From Candidatus Methylacidiphilaceae bacterium (GTDB taxonomy: Bacteria > Verrucomicrobiota > Verrucomicrobiia > Methylacidiphilales > Methylacidiphilaceae), in contig JAQTUK010000001.1 in assembly GCA_028710285.1 (NCBI GenBank), positions 1-59,060 on the forward strand: DNA of 59,060 nucleotides, read 5' to 3'. The position numbers and the translations under genes were made by a program. Below, in pieces: positions 30,230 through 40,351 of this stretch. The notes beneath the pieces are model-generated. The model saw only the letters and a program-made list of their open reading frames with translations, was not told where the DNA came from and searched no databases. The stretch's first letter is position 1. The number at the start of each line of letters is the position of its first letter.

Positions 30230-30754
30230 ATGTCGTTCGAGGACACCTTTTCCTACTCGCTCGAATCGAGCCGTGTCGTGCTGCTCCCTCGCACCCGCGT
30301 GGCGACGTTCCGCACCTCTCTGATCCACTACACGCTCATGACGGAAGCAATGGACAGAGCGGGCACGACCTTCGTCCGCGAGGGGCATCTCGAGGCGGAT
30401 CGCCCGCAGATTATTCTGCCGAAGACCATGGAAAAGCTGCTCTTGGAAGGATTCGGTGAAAAGGCCCGCGCCTATGGGGAATGGCTGAGCGCGCAGCCCG
30501 ACTCCCTTTCGTTTCTGCGTTACGGATTTCAACTCCGCAAGGAGGATGTCCGCTTTCGCCAAGTCGATGCCCCCATCGAGTCGGTGACTCAGGCCGTGAA
30601 GCGAGAAGTGCAGGAACGGGAAGATCCCTTCGCGGCGATCCTCGTCGGCGTCGAGGATGGCTGGGAAATCTCGCTCTTGCGCTTTTTCCTCGAATGGGTG
30701 AAAAAATCCCTTCCTCGCAATGTGAACGATCTGCGCCAAGAGGGGTTTTTATAG
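30230..30754 (+). CDS. Conserved hypothetical protein
   Basis: Fills operon gap with typical codon usage; SD AGGA; no recognised motif. Confidence 0.7.
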   Translation: MSFEDTFSYSLESSRVVLLPRTRVATFRTSLIHYTLMTEAMDRAGTTFVREGHLEADRPQIILPKTMEKLLLEGFGEKARAYGEWLSAQPDSLSFLRYGFQLRKEDVRFRQVDAPIESVTQAVKREVQEREDPFAAILVGVEDGWEISLLRFFLEWVKKSLPRNVNDLRQEGFL

Positions 30755-30804
30755 GAATGGTCTTGATCGATTAGGGCTCCCTTGACCAGAGGGCGCCTCC
30801 GGAA

Positions 30805-31569
30805 ATGGAGCGGTATTACTTGCCCCGGCGGGACGAGAATCTCCTCGGGCCTCAGGAGTCGGACCACGCCCTGCGGGTGATGCGCCGGCGAGCCGGCGAC
30901 CGAATTCTTCTCTTCGACGGCGCGGGCACCGAATGGACGGCCGAGATCACTGGGCGGAGCGGCCGCCGGCTCGCCTTCCGCAAGATCGCGGAGAGGAAGG
31001 TGGCTCCCCCTCCCGGGAAGATCGGCATCGCCCAGGGATTGCTGAAGTCCAAGGCGATGGATCTTTTTTTTCAGAAAGCGACCGAGCTGGGAGTCACGGA
31101 GATCTTTCCGGTGCTCTGCGCCCGCTCGGTCGAATGGCGGGAAGGAATGGAGCGCAAGCAAGCCCGCTGGATCGAAATCACGGTCGCCGCGGCCAAGCAG
31201 AGCCAGCGAGCCTGGCTCCCGACGATCCATCCTCCGGTCGAGATCGGCGAACTGGGCCGGAAGACTTCCTCCTATCCGCTGAGGCTCCTCGGATCTCTTC
31301 AAGAGGGCGCTCCGCCGCTGCGGGCTCTCTTTCCCCTCCACCGGAAGGAAGCACAGAGGGGCGTGCTTTCCTTGATCGGGCCCGAGGGCGATCTGACACC
31401 CGCAGAGCGGACGGCCTTGGAAGAAGAGGGGTTTCTCCCCGTCTCCTTGAGTCGGACGGTCTTGCGCTCGGAAACGGCGGCGCTGTTCTGCGCCGCGGTC
31501 TTCCTCTACGAGATGGCGGGCGAAGGAGCTGAGGAAAGGGAAAAAGGACTATGGCAAGAGACATTCTGA
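30805..31569 (+). CDS. rsmE: 16S rRNA m3U1498 methyltransferase
   Basis: HALRVMR, QKATELG, AAKQS, IGPEGDL, VLRSETAA. Confidence 0.95.
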   Translation: MERYYLPRRDENLLGPQESDHALRVMRRRAGDRILLFDGAGTEWTAEITGRSGRRLAFRKIAERKVAPPPGKIGIAQGLLKSKAMDLFFQKATELGVTEIFPVLCARSVEWREGMERKQARWIEITVAAAKQSQRAWLPTIHPPVEIGELGRKTSSYPLRLLGSLQEGAPPLRALFPLHRKEAQRGVLSLIGPEGDLTPAERTALEEEGFLPVSLSRTVLRSETAALFCAAVFLYEMAGEGAEEREKGLWQETF

Positions 31570-32498
31570 TCACGGGCGGAGCGGGATTCATCGGCTCGAG
31601 CCTCGCTTTGGAGATCCAGCGCCGGGAGCCGGGAGCGGAGATCTTGATCGTCGATGACTTTCGGAGCGGCTCCTTTCCCAATCTCGAAGGCTTTCGCGGA
31701 GACCTCCTGACGGCGGATGTCGGTCTCCTCGACTGGCATCGCCTCTTGGGAAACCGGTCTCCCGAGGTGGTCTTCCACCTGGCCTCCATCACCGACACGA
31801 CCGTGACCGACACCGCAACCCAGATGCGCAGCAACGTGGAAGGATGGCGCCATCTGCTCGCCTTCCTGGCCGGAAAGTCCCTCCGCCTGGTTTTCGCCTC
31901 TTCCGCCGCCGTCTATGGCATCACCGCTACTCCCCAGAATCGAGTGGGCGACCCGGAACGCCCCGCCAATGCCTACGGCTTCTCCAAGCTCCAAATGGAA
32001 CATCTGGCCCAGCGTTTTGCCGGCGAGAACCCCAAAATCGCCTTGGCCGGGCTTCGCTACTTCAATGTCTACGGCCCGCGGGAGGCGCATAAACGAAAGT
32101 CGGCCAGCATGATCCACCAGCTCGCCTGCCAGATTCGGTCGGGAAAGCGGCCGCGCCTTTTCGTCGACGGGAGCCAGAAGCGGGATTTCGTCTACGTCGC
32201 CGATGCGGTCGACGCCACGCTCGCCGCCGCCCTCGCAACGAAGGGCAATGGCGTCTTCAACGTCGGCTCGGGCCGAGGCCGATCCTTCAACGAAGTGGTC
32301 TCCTGTCTGAACGCCGCGCTCGGGACGCAAGCGGAGCCCGATTATTTTCCCTGTCCCTACCGGTTTTTCCAGCCTCACACCGAGGCCGAGCTATCGGCCA
32401 CCCAGGCCGCCTTAGGATATCAGCCTCGTTTCTCCTTGGAAAAGGGCATTGATGCTTATCGCGAATCGGGCTGGCTGGGATGCGATTGCGAACAGTAG
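31551..32498 (+). CDS. hldD: ADP-L-glycero-D-manno-heptose 6-epimerase
   Basis: ITGGAGFIGS, ASSAAVYG, NAYGFSK, RYFNVYGPREAHK, KRDFVYV. Confidence 0.88.
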   Translation: MARDILITGGAGFIGSSLALEIQRREPGAEILIVDDFRSGSFPNLEGFRGDLLTADVGLLDWHRLLGNRSPEVVFHLASITDTTVTDTATQMRSNVEGWRHLLAFLAGKSLRLVFASSAAVYGITATPQNRVGDPERPANAYGFSKLQMEHLAQRFAGENPKIALAGLRYFNVYGPREAHKRKSASMIHQLACQIRSGKRPRLFVDGSQKRDFVYVADAVDATLAAALATKGNGVFNVGSGRGRSFNEVVSCLNAALGTQAEPDYFPCPYRFFQPHTEAELSATQAALGYQPRFSLEKGIDAYRESGWLGCDCEQ

Positions 32499-32538
32499 AA
32501 TTCTTGCTTCTTTCTGAATTCTCACTCATCTTTTCTTC

Positions 32539-34104
32539 GTGAGTTCTCCGCAGTTTCCGGAAGGCGAAGAGTGGCAGCGCCGCTTCCAGGAAATGTTCCG
32601 GGCGTTTACGCCGCCGCCACAGGGAGGTCCACCCGAGAAGAAGGACGGGAAGAACCGGGAAGCCTTTGAGAAGCAGATCCGCTCCTTTACGTTTACGCCG
32701 AAGGAGCTCAAAGCCTACCTCGATCGCTTCGTGATTCAGCAGGAGGAGGCGAAGCGGGTTCTCTCCGTCGCTGTCTGCGATCACTACAACCACGTGCGCG
32801 CCGAGCTCTCCGGTGAGGAACTCCCCCACTACGTCAAACAGAACGTCCTGCTGGTGGGCCCGAGCGGGGTAGGGAAGACCTACCTGGTGCGATGTCTGGC
32901 CGAACGGATCGGGGTGCCGATGGTTCGAGGAGACGCGACAAAGTTTTCGGAAACGGGCTATGTGGGCGGAGATGTCGAAGACCTCGTCCGGGAACTGGTG
33001 CAGCAGGCGGGAGGAGATGTCTCCATCGCTCAGTACGGCATTATCTACCTGGACGAGATCGACAAGCTGGCAGGCTTCCATGCCATGGGCCGGGATGTCA
33101 GCGGGCGGGGAGTGCAAGCGAACCTTCTCAAGCTGCTCGAAGAGACCGAGGTTCCCGTGCGGGCTCCCTATGATCTGCAAGGGCAGATCCAGACGATGCT
33201 CGATTTCCAGCGGGGCAGCCGGGAGAACAAGCGAACGGTCAATACCCGACACATCCTCTTCCTGGTCAGCGGAGCCTTCACTCGCCTCCCGGAAATCGTT
33301 TCCCGCCGGATGCGCCGCGGTCACATCGGATTCCGCGCGGAGGGAGCCCAATCCGACGACCGCGAAGCGGTAAAGGAAGCTCTCACCGCCGACTTCATCG
33401 AATATGGGCTGGAGCCGGAATTTGTCGGGAGGCTTCCCGTCCGAGTCTTCTTCGAGCCCCTGAACGCGGAAGACCTCTTTCGGATCCTGCAGGAATCGGA
33501 GGGATCGATTCTCCGGCAGTATGTCGCCGCCTTCGAGGCCTACGGGATCTCGCTGCGCTTCACGGAGAGCGCTCTGCGCCGCATCGCGCAGCGCGCGGCC
33601 GAAGAAGAGACGGGGGCCCGCGGCCTGATGACCGTCGGGGAGCGGATCTTGCGCCCGTTCCGCTTCGAATGTCCCGGCTCGGGTTTGCGGGAGATTGTGA
33701 TTGACGACGATGCCGTTGAAAACCCTCAGAAGGCGCTGGATGCCGCGCTGGCGCGCTTCCGCGAAGCGGGTGGGGAAACCGCCCATGAGGTGGAAACCTT
33801 CGCCGAAGAGTTTTTCCGCGCCCACGAACTCCGCCTTCGCTTCGAGCCGGAGGCGGTTCAAGCGCTTCGCACCGAAGCCGGTGGGGAAGCCGGAGCCATC
33901 GCCGAGCTCTGCCGGAAGAAGTTCAAGGATTTTTCCTTCGGACTCCGCCTCATCCGAGCCAACACGGGACAAGAAACCTTTACGCTCCCTCCAGAAGCGG
34001 TCAAGGACCCGGAAGGGCTGCTCAGCCGCTGGGTCCTGGCCTCTTACGCGGGCTCAGGGAAGGCTGCCCCGGATCAGGAGAGGAAGAGCACCGAAGCGGA
34101 ATAA
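32539..34104 (+). CDS. ClpX-like AAA+ ATPase without zinc-binding domain, with C-terminal extension
   Basis: GPSGVGKT, GYVG pore loop, DEIDK, RDVSGRGVQ, IGF loop, PEFVGRLP, TGARGL. Confidence 0.85.
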   Translation: MSSPQFPEGEEWQRRFQEMFRAFTPPPQGGPPEKKDGKNREAFEKQIRSFTFTPKELKAYLDRFVIQQEEAKRVLSVAVCDHYNHVRAELSGEELPHYVKQNVLLVGPSGVGKTYLVRCLAERIGVPMVRGDATKFSETGYVGGDVEDLVRELVQQAGGDVSIAQYGIIYLDEIDKLAGFHAMGRDVSGRGVQANLLKLLEETEVPVRAPYDLQGQIQTMLDFQRGSRENKRTVNTRHILFLVSGAFTRLPEIVSRRMRRGHIGFRAEGAQSDDREAVKEALTADFIEYGLEPEFVGRLPVRVFFEPLNAEDLFRILQESEGSILRQYVAAFEAYGISLRFTESALRRIAQRAAEEETGARGLMTVGERILRPFRFECPGSGLREIVIDDDAVENPQKALDAALARFREAGGETAHEVETFAEEFFRAHELRLRFEPEAVQALRTEAGGEAGAIAELCRKKFKDFSFGLRLIRANTGQETFTLPPEAVKDPEGLLSRWVLASYAGSGKAAPDQERKSTEAE

Positions 34105-35249
34105 CCGTGAAGGTAGTTCAACTTTCCCACGGGTCCGATCTCGCCGTTCGCGAAGAAGCCAGCGGCGGGTAGATGGGGAAAGAGTTCCTGGATCAATCCA
34201 GCGTCCCGTCCCGCCACGCCAAAGAGTCCCTTGCCCCTCCCGGCGCAAAGGCTGACGAGAGCGGCCAGCGGCTTGCGGTCATAGAAATACTCGATCTTCT
34301 CTGCCTGAAGAAGCTTGCGCAAGGATCGCTCGGCCGAATCGGGATCGCGTAGTTGGTATTGCAGGGTCTGGCCGACCCGTACGAGCGCGCCGACGGCAAC
34401 CGCACCCGAGGAAGGATCGGCTCCCAGGATGTTGCGCACGAGGAAGTCCCCCTGCTGGAACTCATCCCGGTATTCGGAGACGGCAAGCCCGATGAAGATG
34501 TGTCCGTGCGCCTTCTCGCGCTCGCGCTCCGAAAGGGACTCGAAAGCGGTCGCCAAAGCCTGGTACGCACTTCCTGACCCGAGGGTATAGAGGATATTCC
34601 GATCCGCCCCGGTGACCGTATAGGGATCGCCGATCGGGCGACAGCCTTGGGAGACGACAACATGAAAACCGATCTCCCCCTGGAGCGCAATCGCGACGCC
34701 ACCCTCCACGGGCTTCCGATCCAGGAAGACCGCCGTCTCCCCTTCGCTGGCCCCCCCCGCCAGCCCTCCCCAAACGGGAACAGCCGGATAGGCGCGATTC
34801 CAGATCCGCAAGAGCCGCTCCACGGGGAGAACATGCGGATTGGCGAAGAGGAGCCATCCCGCCGCATCTTTCGGGCCGACACCGGTGAGCTGGTGCCAAG
34901 CCAAGGGGTCCTCCTCGGCTTCCACCTCCTCCGGAGAGAGGGCAATCGGGGTCACCCGCATCTCCGGATGGCGGAGAGCAAGCATCGAAAAGCCTTCTTC
35001 GGCCTCGAATTCCGCCCCCTCCGCAAGAAAGCCCTGTCCGGTCACGGCGACCAGCAGCGGCGCGTGGCCGTAGATGGTCAGCAGTTCGCAGAGATCGGCC
35101 AGATAGGGCGCGTACGACGGGGAAGCGAAGACCAACGCCACCGACGGGTCGCCACCGAGCTTGGCGCGCAGATCTTCGGCAAGCGATCGGCTTGCCGCTT
35201 CGGAAAAAGAACCGGAATAGGCTGCGGAGACCGCGCGAGGAGCAACCAT
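34074..35249 (-). CDS. Stand-alone FIST (N+C) domain protein
   Basis: GGLAGG, VSQGCRPIG, FLVRNILG, CAGRG, GFFANGEIGP. Confidence 0.9.
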   Translation of the reverse strand: MVAPRAVSAAYSGSFSEAASRSLAEDLRAKLGGDPSVALVFASPSYAPYLADLCELLTIYGHAPLLVAVTGQGFLAEGAEFEAEEGFSMLALRHPEMRVTPIALSPEEVEAEEDPLAWHQLTGVGPKDAAGWLLFANPHVLPVERLLRIWNRAYPAVPVWGGLAGGASEGETAVFLDRKPVEGGVAIALQGEIGFHVVVSQGCRPIGDPYTVTGADRNILYTLGSGSAYQALATAFESLSEREREKAHGHIFIGLAVSEYRDEFQQGDFLVRNILGADPSSGAVAVGALVRVGQTLQYQLRDPDSAERSLRKLLQAEKIEYFYDRKPLAALVSLCAGRGKGLFGVAGRDAGLIQELFPHLPAAGFFANGEIGPVGKLNYLHGYSASVLFLS

Positions 35250-35279
35250 AGAGAAATCATCATTTTTTTTGGTTCTCTG

Positions 35280-36320
35280 TCAATGCCTGGAAACGTCAAA
35301 ATCCCCAGGCCAAATCTCTTGCGCGATCGCGAGGCTCTCCCGCATGAGCCGATAGCCGACGTGTCCTTGGGGAAAGGGGTATAAGTGGCATCCCTGCCAT
35401 GCGGCGCGGAACTCCTCTAAAAGCCGTAGCGGAACCACTTGGTCATAGATTCCTCCCAGCAGAAGGACCTCCTGTGGTTTCAGGTAAGGGCGGGAAAGAC
35501 TGGGGCAAACGAGCCGGAGGTGCGGCGCCGCCGTTTCCGGCGAAATCCCCAGATCCTCCAGCGTCTTCCGTATGCCGCGTCCGCTCGGGGATTCCCACAT
35601 GGCGTGCTCGATCCGGAAGATCGGCTCCAGGAGCATCAAGCGGTTGAAGATGGGCTCCACGCAGGCCGCCTCGGCCAGGACCCAGCCGCCGTAGCTCATC
35701 CCCCATCCGCCCATGAGCGTTGCCCCCTGGGTGCGCAGCCAGCGCACGAAGACGCGCAGATCGAGAACCCCTTGTCGCAAGGTCTCCGCCGTACGCACCA
35801 GGTCTGCCGTCACGCACAGCTCTCCGGGAAAGAGCCTCAAGGGCCTCCTGGCGTAATGGTAGGGGAGGTGCATGAAGGCCGCATTCCATCCCAGGGCGTT
35901 GAGTCGGCCGGCCCAATACCGGTAGCCGAAGTCGCTGACGGACATCAGCCCGTGCGCCATCACCATGGTAGGGCCGCTCCAGCCTTCCGGCCCTAGCCAG
36001 AGATCGAAGACCGCCGTCCGATTCTGCCGCTCTGGTCCCGGCAGCGGACTGGGAAACCGTACGCGGAGGCCATTCCCGCGCGGGAAACATTCGAGGGAGG
36101 CGGAATAACCGGGAGGAAGGCCGTAGTATTCCGGCAGGGTCGCCCCACGCCACGAGTCGACATAGTTCCCCAGCCTCTTCCGAAAGTCTGGCTCCGGACG
36201 ATGACGGGCCTGAAGCCAGGAAATCCAGGCAAAGCTTGCTTCGTCGACCAGCCCTGCCCAGCGCCGATGGAGCAGAGAAGACCAGCCACGGGCGATCCCC
36301 GAGTTTCCGTCGGCTTTCAC
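35280..36320 (-). CDS. Alpha/beta hydrolase
   Basis: HG oxyanion motif; GMSYGG nucleophile; D in YDQVVP; H in QGHVG. Confidence 0.85.
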   Translation of the reverse strand: MKADGNSGIARGWSSLLHRRWAGLVDEASFAWISWLQARHRPEPDFRKRLGNYVDSWRGATLPEYYGLPPGYSASLECFPRGNGLRVRFPSPLPGPERQNRTAVFDLWLGPEGWSGPTMVMAHGLMSVSDFGYRYWAGRLNALGWNAAFMHLPYHYARRPLRLFPGELCVTADLVRTAETLRQGVLDLRVFVRWLRTQGATLMGGWGMSYGGWVLAEAACVEPIFNRLMLLEPIFRIEHAMWESPSGRGIRKTLEDLGISPETAAPHLRLVCPSLSRPYLKPQEVLLLGGIYDQVVPLRLLEEFRAAWQGCHLYPFPQGHVGYRLMRESLAIAQEIWPGDFDVSRH

Positions 36321-36438
36321 GCCGTTTCCCTGCCACGCAGCGGTTGGCCAAGCGGACGAAGGAGAATCCGGCCGCCAGGAGCCGAGTCGCGGGTGGACGC
36401 CTCACAGCGGCCGCAAGGGCGGTCCATCCCTCCCTGGT

Positions 36439-36759
36439 TCATCCCAGCTTCGACCCCGGGGTCGGTTTGAGCAAGGACATCTCGACCGCCTCTCGGTCCA
36501 TCAACTCATTGAGCTTCGCAAGAAACCGATTCTCCCAATCGGAGCTGCCGTAGACTTCCTGGCAAATCCGCTCTCGCTCCTTCCCGTCGGCAAAGGCTCG
36601 AATCCAGACGTAACGGGTAGGCTCTCCCGGGACCGTGAAGGAGCCGATCACCTTGACTCCCTTGCTTGCTTGGAAGGGCAAAAGCTCTTCGTCCATGAAG
36701 CGGACGAACTCGTCCAGGCGTCCGGCCTTGATCCGGTATTCACGCAACTCGTAGATCAT
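36439..36759 (-). CDS. NIPSNAP family protein
   Basis: MIYELREY, YVWIRAF, LKPTPGS. Confidence 0.9.
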   Translation of the reverse strand: MIYELREYRIKAGRLDEFVRFMDEELLPFQASKGVKVIGSFTVPGEPTRYVWIRAFADGKERERICQEVYGSSDWENRFLAKLNELMDREAVEMSLLKPTPGSKLG

Positions 36760-36881
36760 CGGGTGATGCTAGAGGCTTCTTCTCAGGAATGCAATGGGGC
36801 CGAGCACCCGCGGATTGCCTCCCGCTTCTTTCGGCTTGCCTTTCCGCGTCAGCGAGAGAGAGGCTTTCTCAGAGAGCCCGA

Positions 36882-37184
36882 ATGCACTACCAGGAGTTTC
36901 TTCAAACGCTGGAAGATCCGGCGGCAGGCGTCCCCCCTGGCTTGCGTGCGCCACTTGCGGCCCTCTGGCACGAACGGGCAGGAGAATGGGATCGAGCGCA
37001 CCGGATCGTGCAGGCCGAGGAAGACTCCTCTTCCGCCTGGGTCCATGCCTATCTCCACCGCCGGGAAGGAGACCGGAGTAACGCCCGGTACTGGTATGCC
37101 CGCGCAGGGAAACCGGAAGCCACCGTTCCCCTCGACCGGGAATGGGAGGAGATCGTCCGGGCGCTGCTGGAGGAAGGGGTCTAG
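36882..37184 (+). CDS. Conserved small helical hypothetical protein
   Basis: WDRAHRIVQ, AWVHAYLHRREGDRSNARYWYARAG. Confidence 0.8.
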   Translation: MHYQEFLQTLEDPAAGVPPGLRAPLAALWHERAGEWDRAHRIVQAEEDSSSAWVHAYLHRREGDRSNARYWYARAGKPEATVPLDREWEEIVRALLEEGV

Positions 37185-37262
37185 TCGACCCGTCTCGCAA
37201 GCTTTCTCCGGAGAGGATCCCTGCCGCCCGGCTTTCTCTTTGCCAGACCGGCGGCAAATCCC

Positions 37263-39575
37263 TTAGTCCTCCATTTCCTCTTCTTCCTTGCTATCCGGTT
37301 GCAGAGAGCCGGCACGCTCCACGAGGGCGAGGAAAGAGCTTCGGTAGCCGTAAGGATCTTTCCCTTGGCCCTCTTGGGCAAGCCTCCGCACCAGCTTCCA
37401 ACTGCTCTCGCCTCTCAGCGGCGACTTTTTCAGCATCTGTCCGAAGGCCGCGACGGCGGCGGCAAAGCGGAACTCCTCCGAGCTACTCTCCCACTCTTGC
37501 CCGCGATCCGTGAACGGGAACTCCAACCGCTGGCTCTTCTCCTCGTCGGGCTTCTTAAATCGGATCTTCACCGTGAGCAGCTCGTTCGAAGCGGCTGGAT
37601 CGACAGACGAACTGCCCCCGCCTCCCGTTTCTTGCGAATTGGGCTGATACTTGAGCGGATCCACTTCCGAATGGGACGGCTGCCTGCCCTCCGCGGGAAT
37701 GATCTCATAGAGCGCGGTCACGGTGTGACCCGCTCCGATCTCCCCCGCGTCCTTGGTGTCGTCGTTGAAGTCCTCCTTGGCCAATCGCCTCTTCTCGTAG
37801 CCAATCAGCCGGTGGGCCGAGACCTTCCTGGGGTTGAACTCAACCTGGAATTTCACGTCTTTGGCCACGGTGTAGAGAGTCTTGTGCAGGTCCTCTCCGA
37901 ACACCTTGTGCGCCTCCTGGAGGTTGTCGATGTAGCCGTAGTTGCCGTTTCCCCGGTCGGCGAGCTTGACCAGCATCGAGTCGTTCAGGTTGTCCATGCC
38001 GAAGCCAAGGACTGTCAGGTAGATCTTCTGTTTGGCCTTCTTCGCGATCAGGGCGAGCAGTTCGCTCTGGCTCGTGGTTCCCACGTTCCAGTCGCCATCC
38101 GTCGCCAGGATGACCCGGTTGTTCCCCTCCTTGAGGAAGTTCTTCTCCGCCAGGTCGTAGGCCATCTCGATGCCCGAGGCCCCGTTGGTCGACCCTCCAC
38201 CTTCCAGTGCCGCGAGCGCATGCCGGATCTTCCTCTTGTCGCTGGTCGGCAGGAGGACGCAGCCGCTCGCCCCCGCATAGACCACGATCCCCACCTGGTC
38301 TTTTTCTCCGAGCCGATCGACCAGGTAGCCGAGGCTCTTCTTGAGCAGGGGGAGCTTTTTGGGCATGGCCATCGAGCCGGAGACATCGATCAGGAAAACG
38401 AGGTTGCTCGGCGGAACTGCTTCCCGAGGCAACTCTCTCGCCTTGATCCCGATCCGGACCAGCCTGTGCTTCGGAGCCCAGGGACAGGAGGCGGACTCCA
38501 TGCTGACCGAGAAGGGATCGTCCCCTGTTGGTCCCGGATAATCATAGGGAAAATAGTTGATCAGCTCCTCGATCCGAACGGCTCCCTTCGGCGGCAAGGT
38601 CCTTCCCTCGAGCAGGTAGCGCCGAACGATCGCATAGCTCGCCGTGTCGACATCGGCGCTGAAGGTCGACAGAGGGTGGTCGTAGACCAGGAGGAACCGA
38701 TTCTCCTGGAGGGCGTCAACCGCATTCCGATTCCCAGCCGAGGCAGGATCTCCCGGCTCGAGAGCTTGGAAGAGGTCTGAGACGAGCGGCATCGGCATGA
38801 GACAGGCACCCGTAGCGGCAGCCATGCCGTCAGCCCACGGTACTGCCATTCCTTCCGCCTCAGCCGTCTGCTGTGCCGACGGCGCAAGCCTCTTCCGGGC
38901 ATGCCCGCCGCTCCCGGCGTGCGCTACCCGTGCCGGAGAGGACGAGGGGGGCGCCGCTGCTTTCTCGGAACGAGCCCGGACATCCGGCGGCAGCAGGGCT
39001 TGGGGACGACTCGAAGATGGGACAGGGCCAGCCACGAGATTGCCAGCTTGGGGAGGTGGAGTTGGGATGGCCGCCGCCGCGATTGACGAGGCAGGGGCCG
39101 CGGAGGCCGGTGCCGGGTTCGGCTTCGTCTCCCTCTCCGCCGCGGCAACCGGGACGCCCCGGTTTGCATCTGCGAAGCCGCTCCTTTCTTGAGAATGAGG
39201 GGAAGGGAAGGGGTCGAATAGAACGAAGACAAGGGCGACAAGCAGGGAGAAGAAGAGACCCGCTAAGGCGGGTGTGAGAAACGGACCTTGCGGACGCCAA
39301 GGAAGCCAGGCAACCCATCGGTTGGGCCAGAGCGTTTTCTCTTTCTCCAAGGAGAAAAGATTCCGTGCGGCTTTTTCCAGACGTCGCCTCTGTTCTTCCC
39401 CCAGGTGGAGCTCCTCTTGGGCGAACCCTTCCTGAAGAAGCTGAACCGCCCTGCGGATCTCCTTCACTTCCGGATTTCCGGCAAGGAGGGATTCCCACTC
39501 CTCCACCTCTTCCGGTGTCAGAATTTCCCTTTCTCCGAGAAGAAGGGCCGTAATTTTCGGATCATCTGGATTCAT
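37263..39575 (-). CDS. Membrane-anchored YfbK-like VWA protein with anti-sigma-like N-terminus (copy 1)
   Basis: TM helix; Pro/Ala linker; PLSTFSADVDTASY; MIDAS DVSGSM; LATDGD; EDFNDDTKDAGE; ATGA overlap with sigma gene. Confidence 0.9.
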   Translation of the reverse strand: MNPDDPKITALLLGEREILTPEEVEEWESLLAGNPEVKEIRRAVQLLQEGFAQEELHLGEEQRRRLEKAARNLFSLEKEKTLWPNRWVAWLPWRPQGPFLTPALAGLFFSLLVALVFVLFDPFPSPHSQERSGFADANRGVPVAAAERETKPNPAPASAAPASSIAAAAIPTPPPQAGNLVAGPVPSSSRPQALLPPDVRARSEKAAAPPSSSPARVAHAGSGGHARKRLAPSAQQTAEAEGMAVPWADGMAAATGACLMPMPLVSDLFQALEPGDPASAGNRNAVDALQENRFLLVYDHPLSTFSADVDTASYAIVRRYLLEGRTLPPKGAVRIEELINYFPYDYPGPTGDDPFSVSMESASCPWAPKHRLVRIGIKARELPREAVPPSNLVFLIDVSGSMAMPKKLPLLKKSLGYLVDRLGEKDQVGIVVYAGASGCVLLPTSDKRKIRHALAALEGGGSTNGASGIEMAYDLAEKNFLKEGNNRVILATDGDWNVGTTSQSELLALIAKKAKQKIYLTVLGFGMDNLNDSMLVKLADRGNGNYGYIDNLQEAHKVFGEDLHKTLYTVAKDVKFQVEFNPRKVSAHRLIGYEKRRLAKEDFNDDTKDAGEIGAGHTVTALYEIIPAEGRQPSHSEVDPLKYQPNSQETGGGGSSSVDPAASNELLTVKIRFKKPDEEKSQRLEFPFTDRGQEWESSSEEFRFAAAVAAFGQMLKKSPLRGESSWKLVRRLAQEGQGKDPYGYRSSFLALVERAGSLQPDSKEEEEMED

Positions 39576-40156
39576 CGATTTTCTCCGTCGCATCCAAGGG
39601 GCACCGGCTGGAGTTCGTCCTTGAGCAGTTCCCGCAGCTTTTTGAGCCCCGCGTGGAGCAGAAAGCCGACGTTGGTGACCGAAACATTCATGACTTGAGC
39701 AATCTCCTTGTAAGAGAGGTCATCTTGAAATCGGAGCCGAATGGCCTCTCTTTGCGATCGCGTCAAGCGTTCCAGACATTGACGCACGCGGTTGACGAGA
39801 TCTGCCCGCTCCAGCGCCCTTCGCGGAGTTGGGCAGGTCGAGGGGAGGCTCATCAAAACTTCCTCTGGGACCAGGGTCTTGCGCTTCCGCAAAAGGTCCA
39901 CGGCGCCATTGCGCGTAACCGTGAAAAGCCAAGCCTTCCACCGTCTCTGCTCTTCCCCATCCGCCGAGGAAGTCTCCTCGGTCGGTCGCCCTTTCCGGGC
40001 GCGTAAAGCCTTCGTAAACTTAAGGAAACTTTCCTGCACGAGGTCCCGGGCGGCCTCCACATCGCCGATGAGGGCATCCGCGTAGAGAAGCAGCTTGCTC
40101 TCGCAGGTGGACAGCAGTTCGTAAAACAAGGTCGCCTCCTCGGAGTCCCGGTTCAT
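39572..40156 (-). CDS. ECF sigma factor (copy 1)
   Basis: ARDLVQESF, KAWLFTVTRN, QREAIRLRF..LSYKEIA. Confidence 0.93.
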   Translation of the reverse strand: MNRDSEEATLFYELLSTCESKLLLYADALIGDVEAARDLVQESFLKFTKALRARKGRPTEETSSADGEEQRRWKAWLFTVTRNGAVDLLRKRKTLVPEEVLMSLPSTCPTPRRALERADLVNRVRQCLERLTRSQREAIRLRFQDDLSYKEIAQVMNVSVTNVGFLLHAGLKKLRELLKDELQPVPLGCDGENR

Positions 40157-40168
40157 AAGCCCTCAATA

Positions 40169-40196
40169 GGACAAACGGAGGAAGGGCTGTTTTCTT
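40169..40196 (-). promoter_or_regulatory. Candidate autoregulatory ECF promoter (copy 1)
   Basis: AAGAAAAC-agcccttcctc-CGTTTGTCC, conserved with copy 2. Confidence 0.45.
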
Positions 40197-40351
40197 AGAG
40201 CTTAGAATGGATATCCTCGATTCTCCGGGCGAAGGAGAGTGCCGGGAAGAGGGGAGGGAACGACGGGCCTCCCAGCCAATTCCGTTTTGCGGGCTTTCCC
40301 CTGAGGATGTCGACCTCCGCTCTTTGTCTGTTCCACCCCTGGGCAAGCCGC

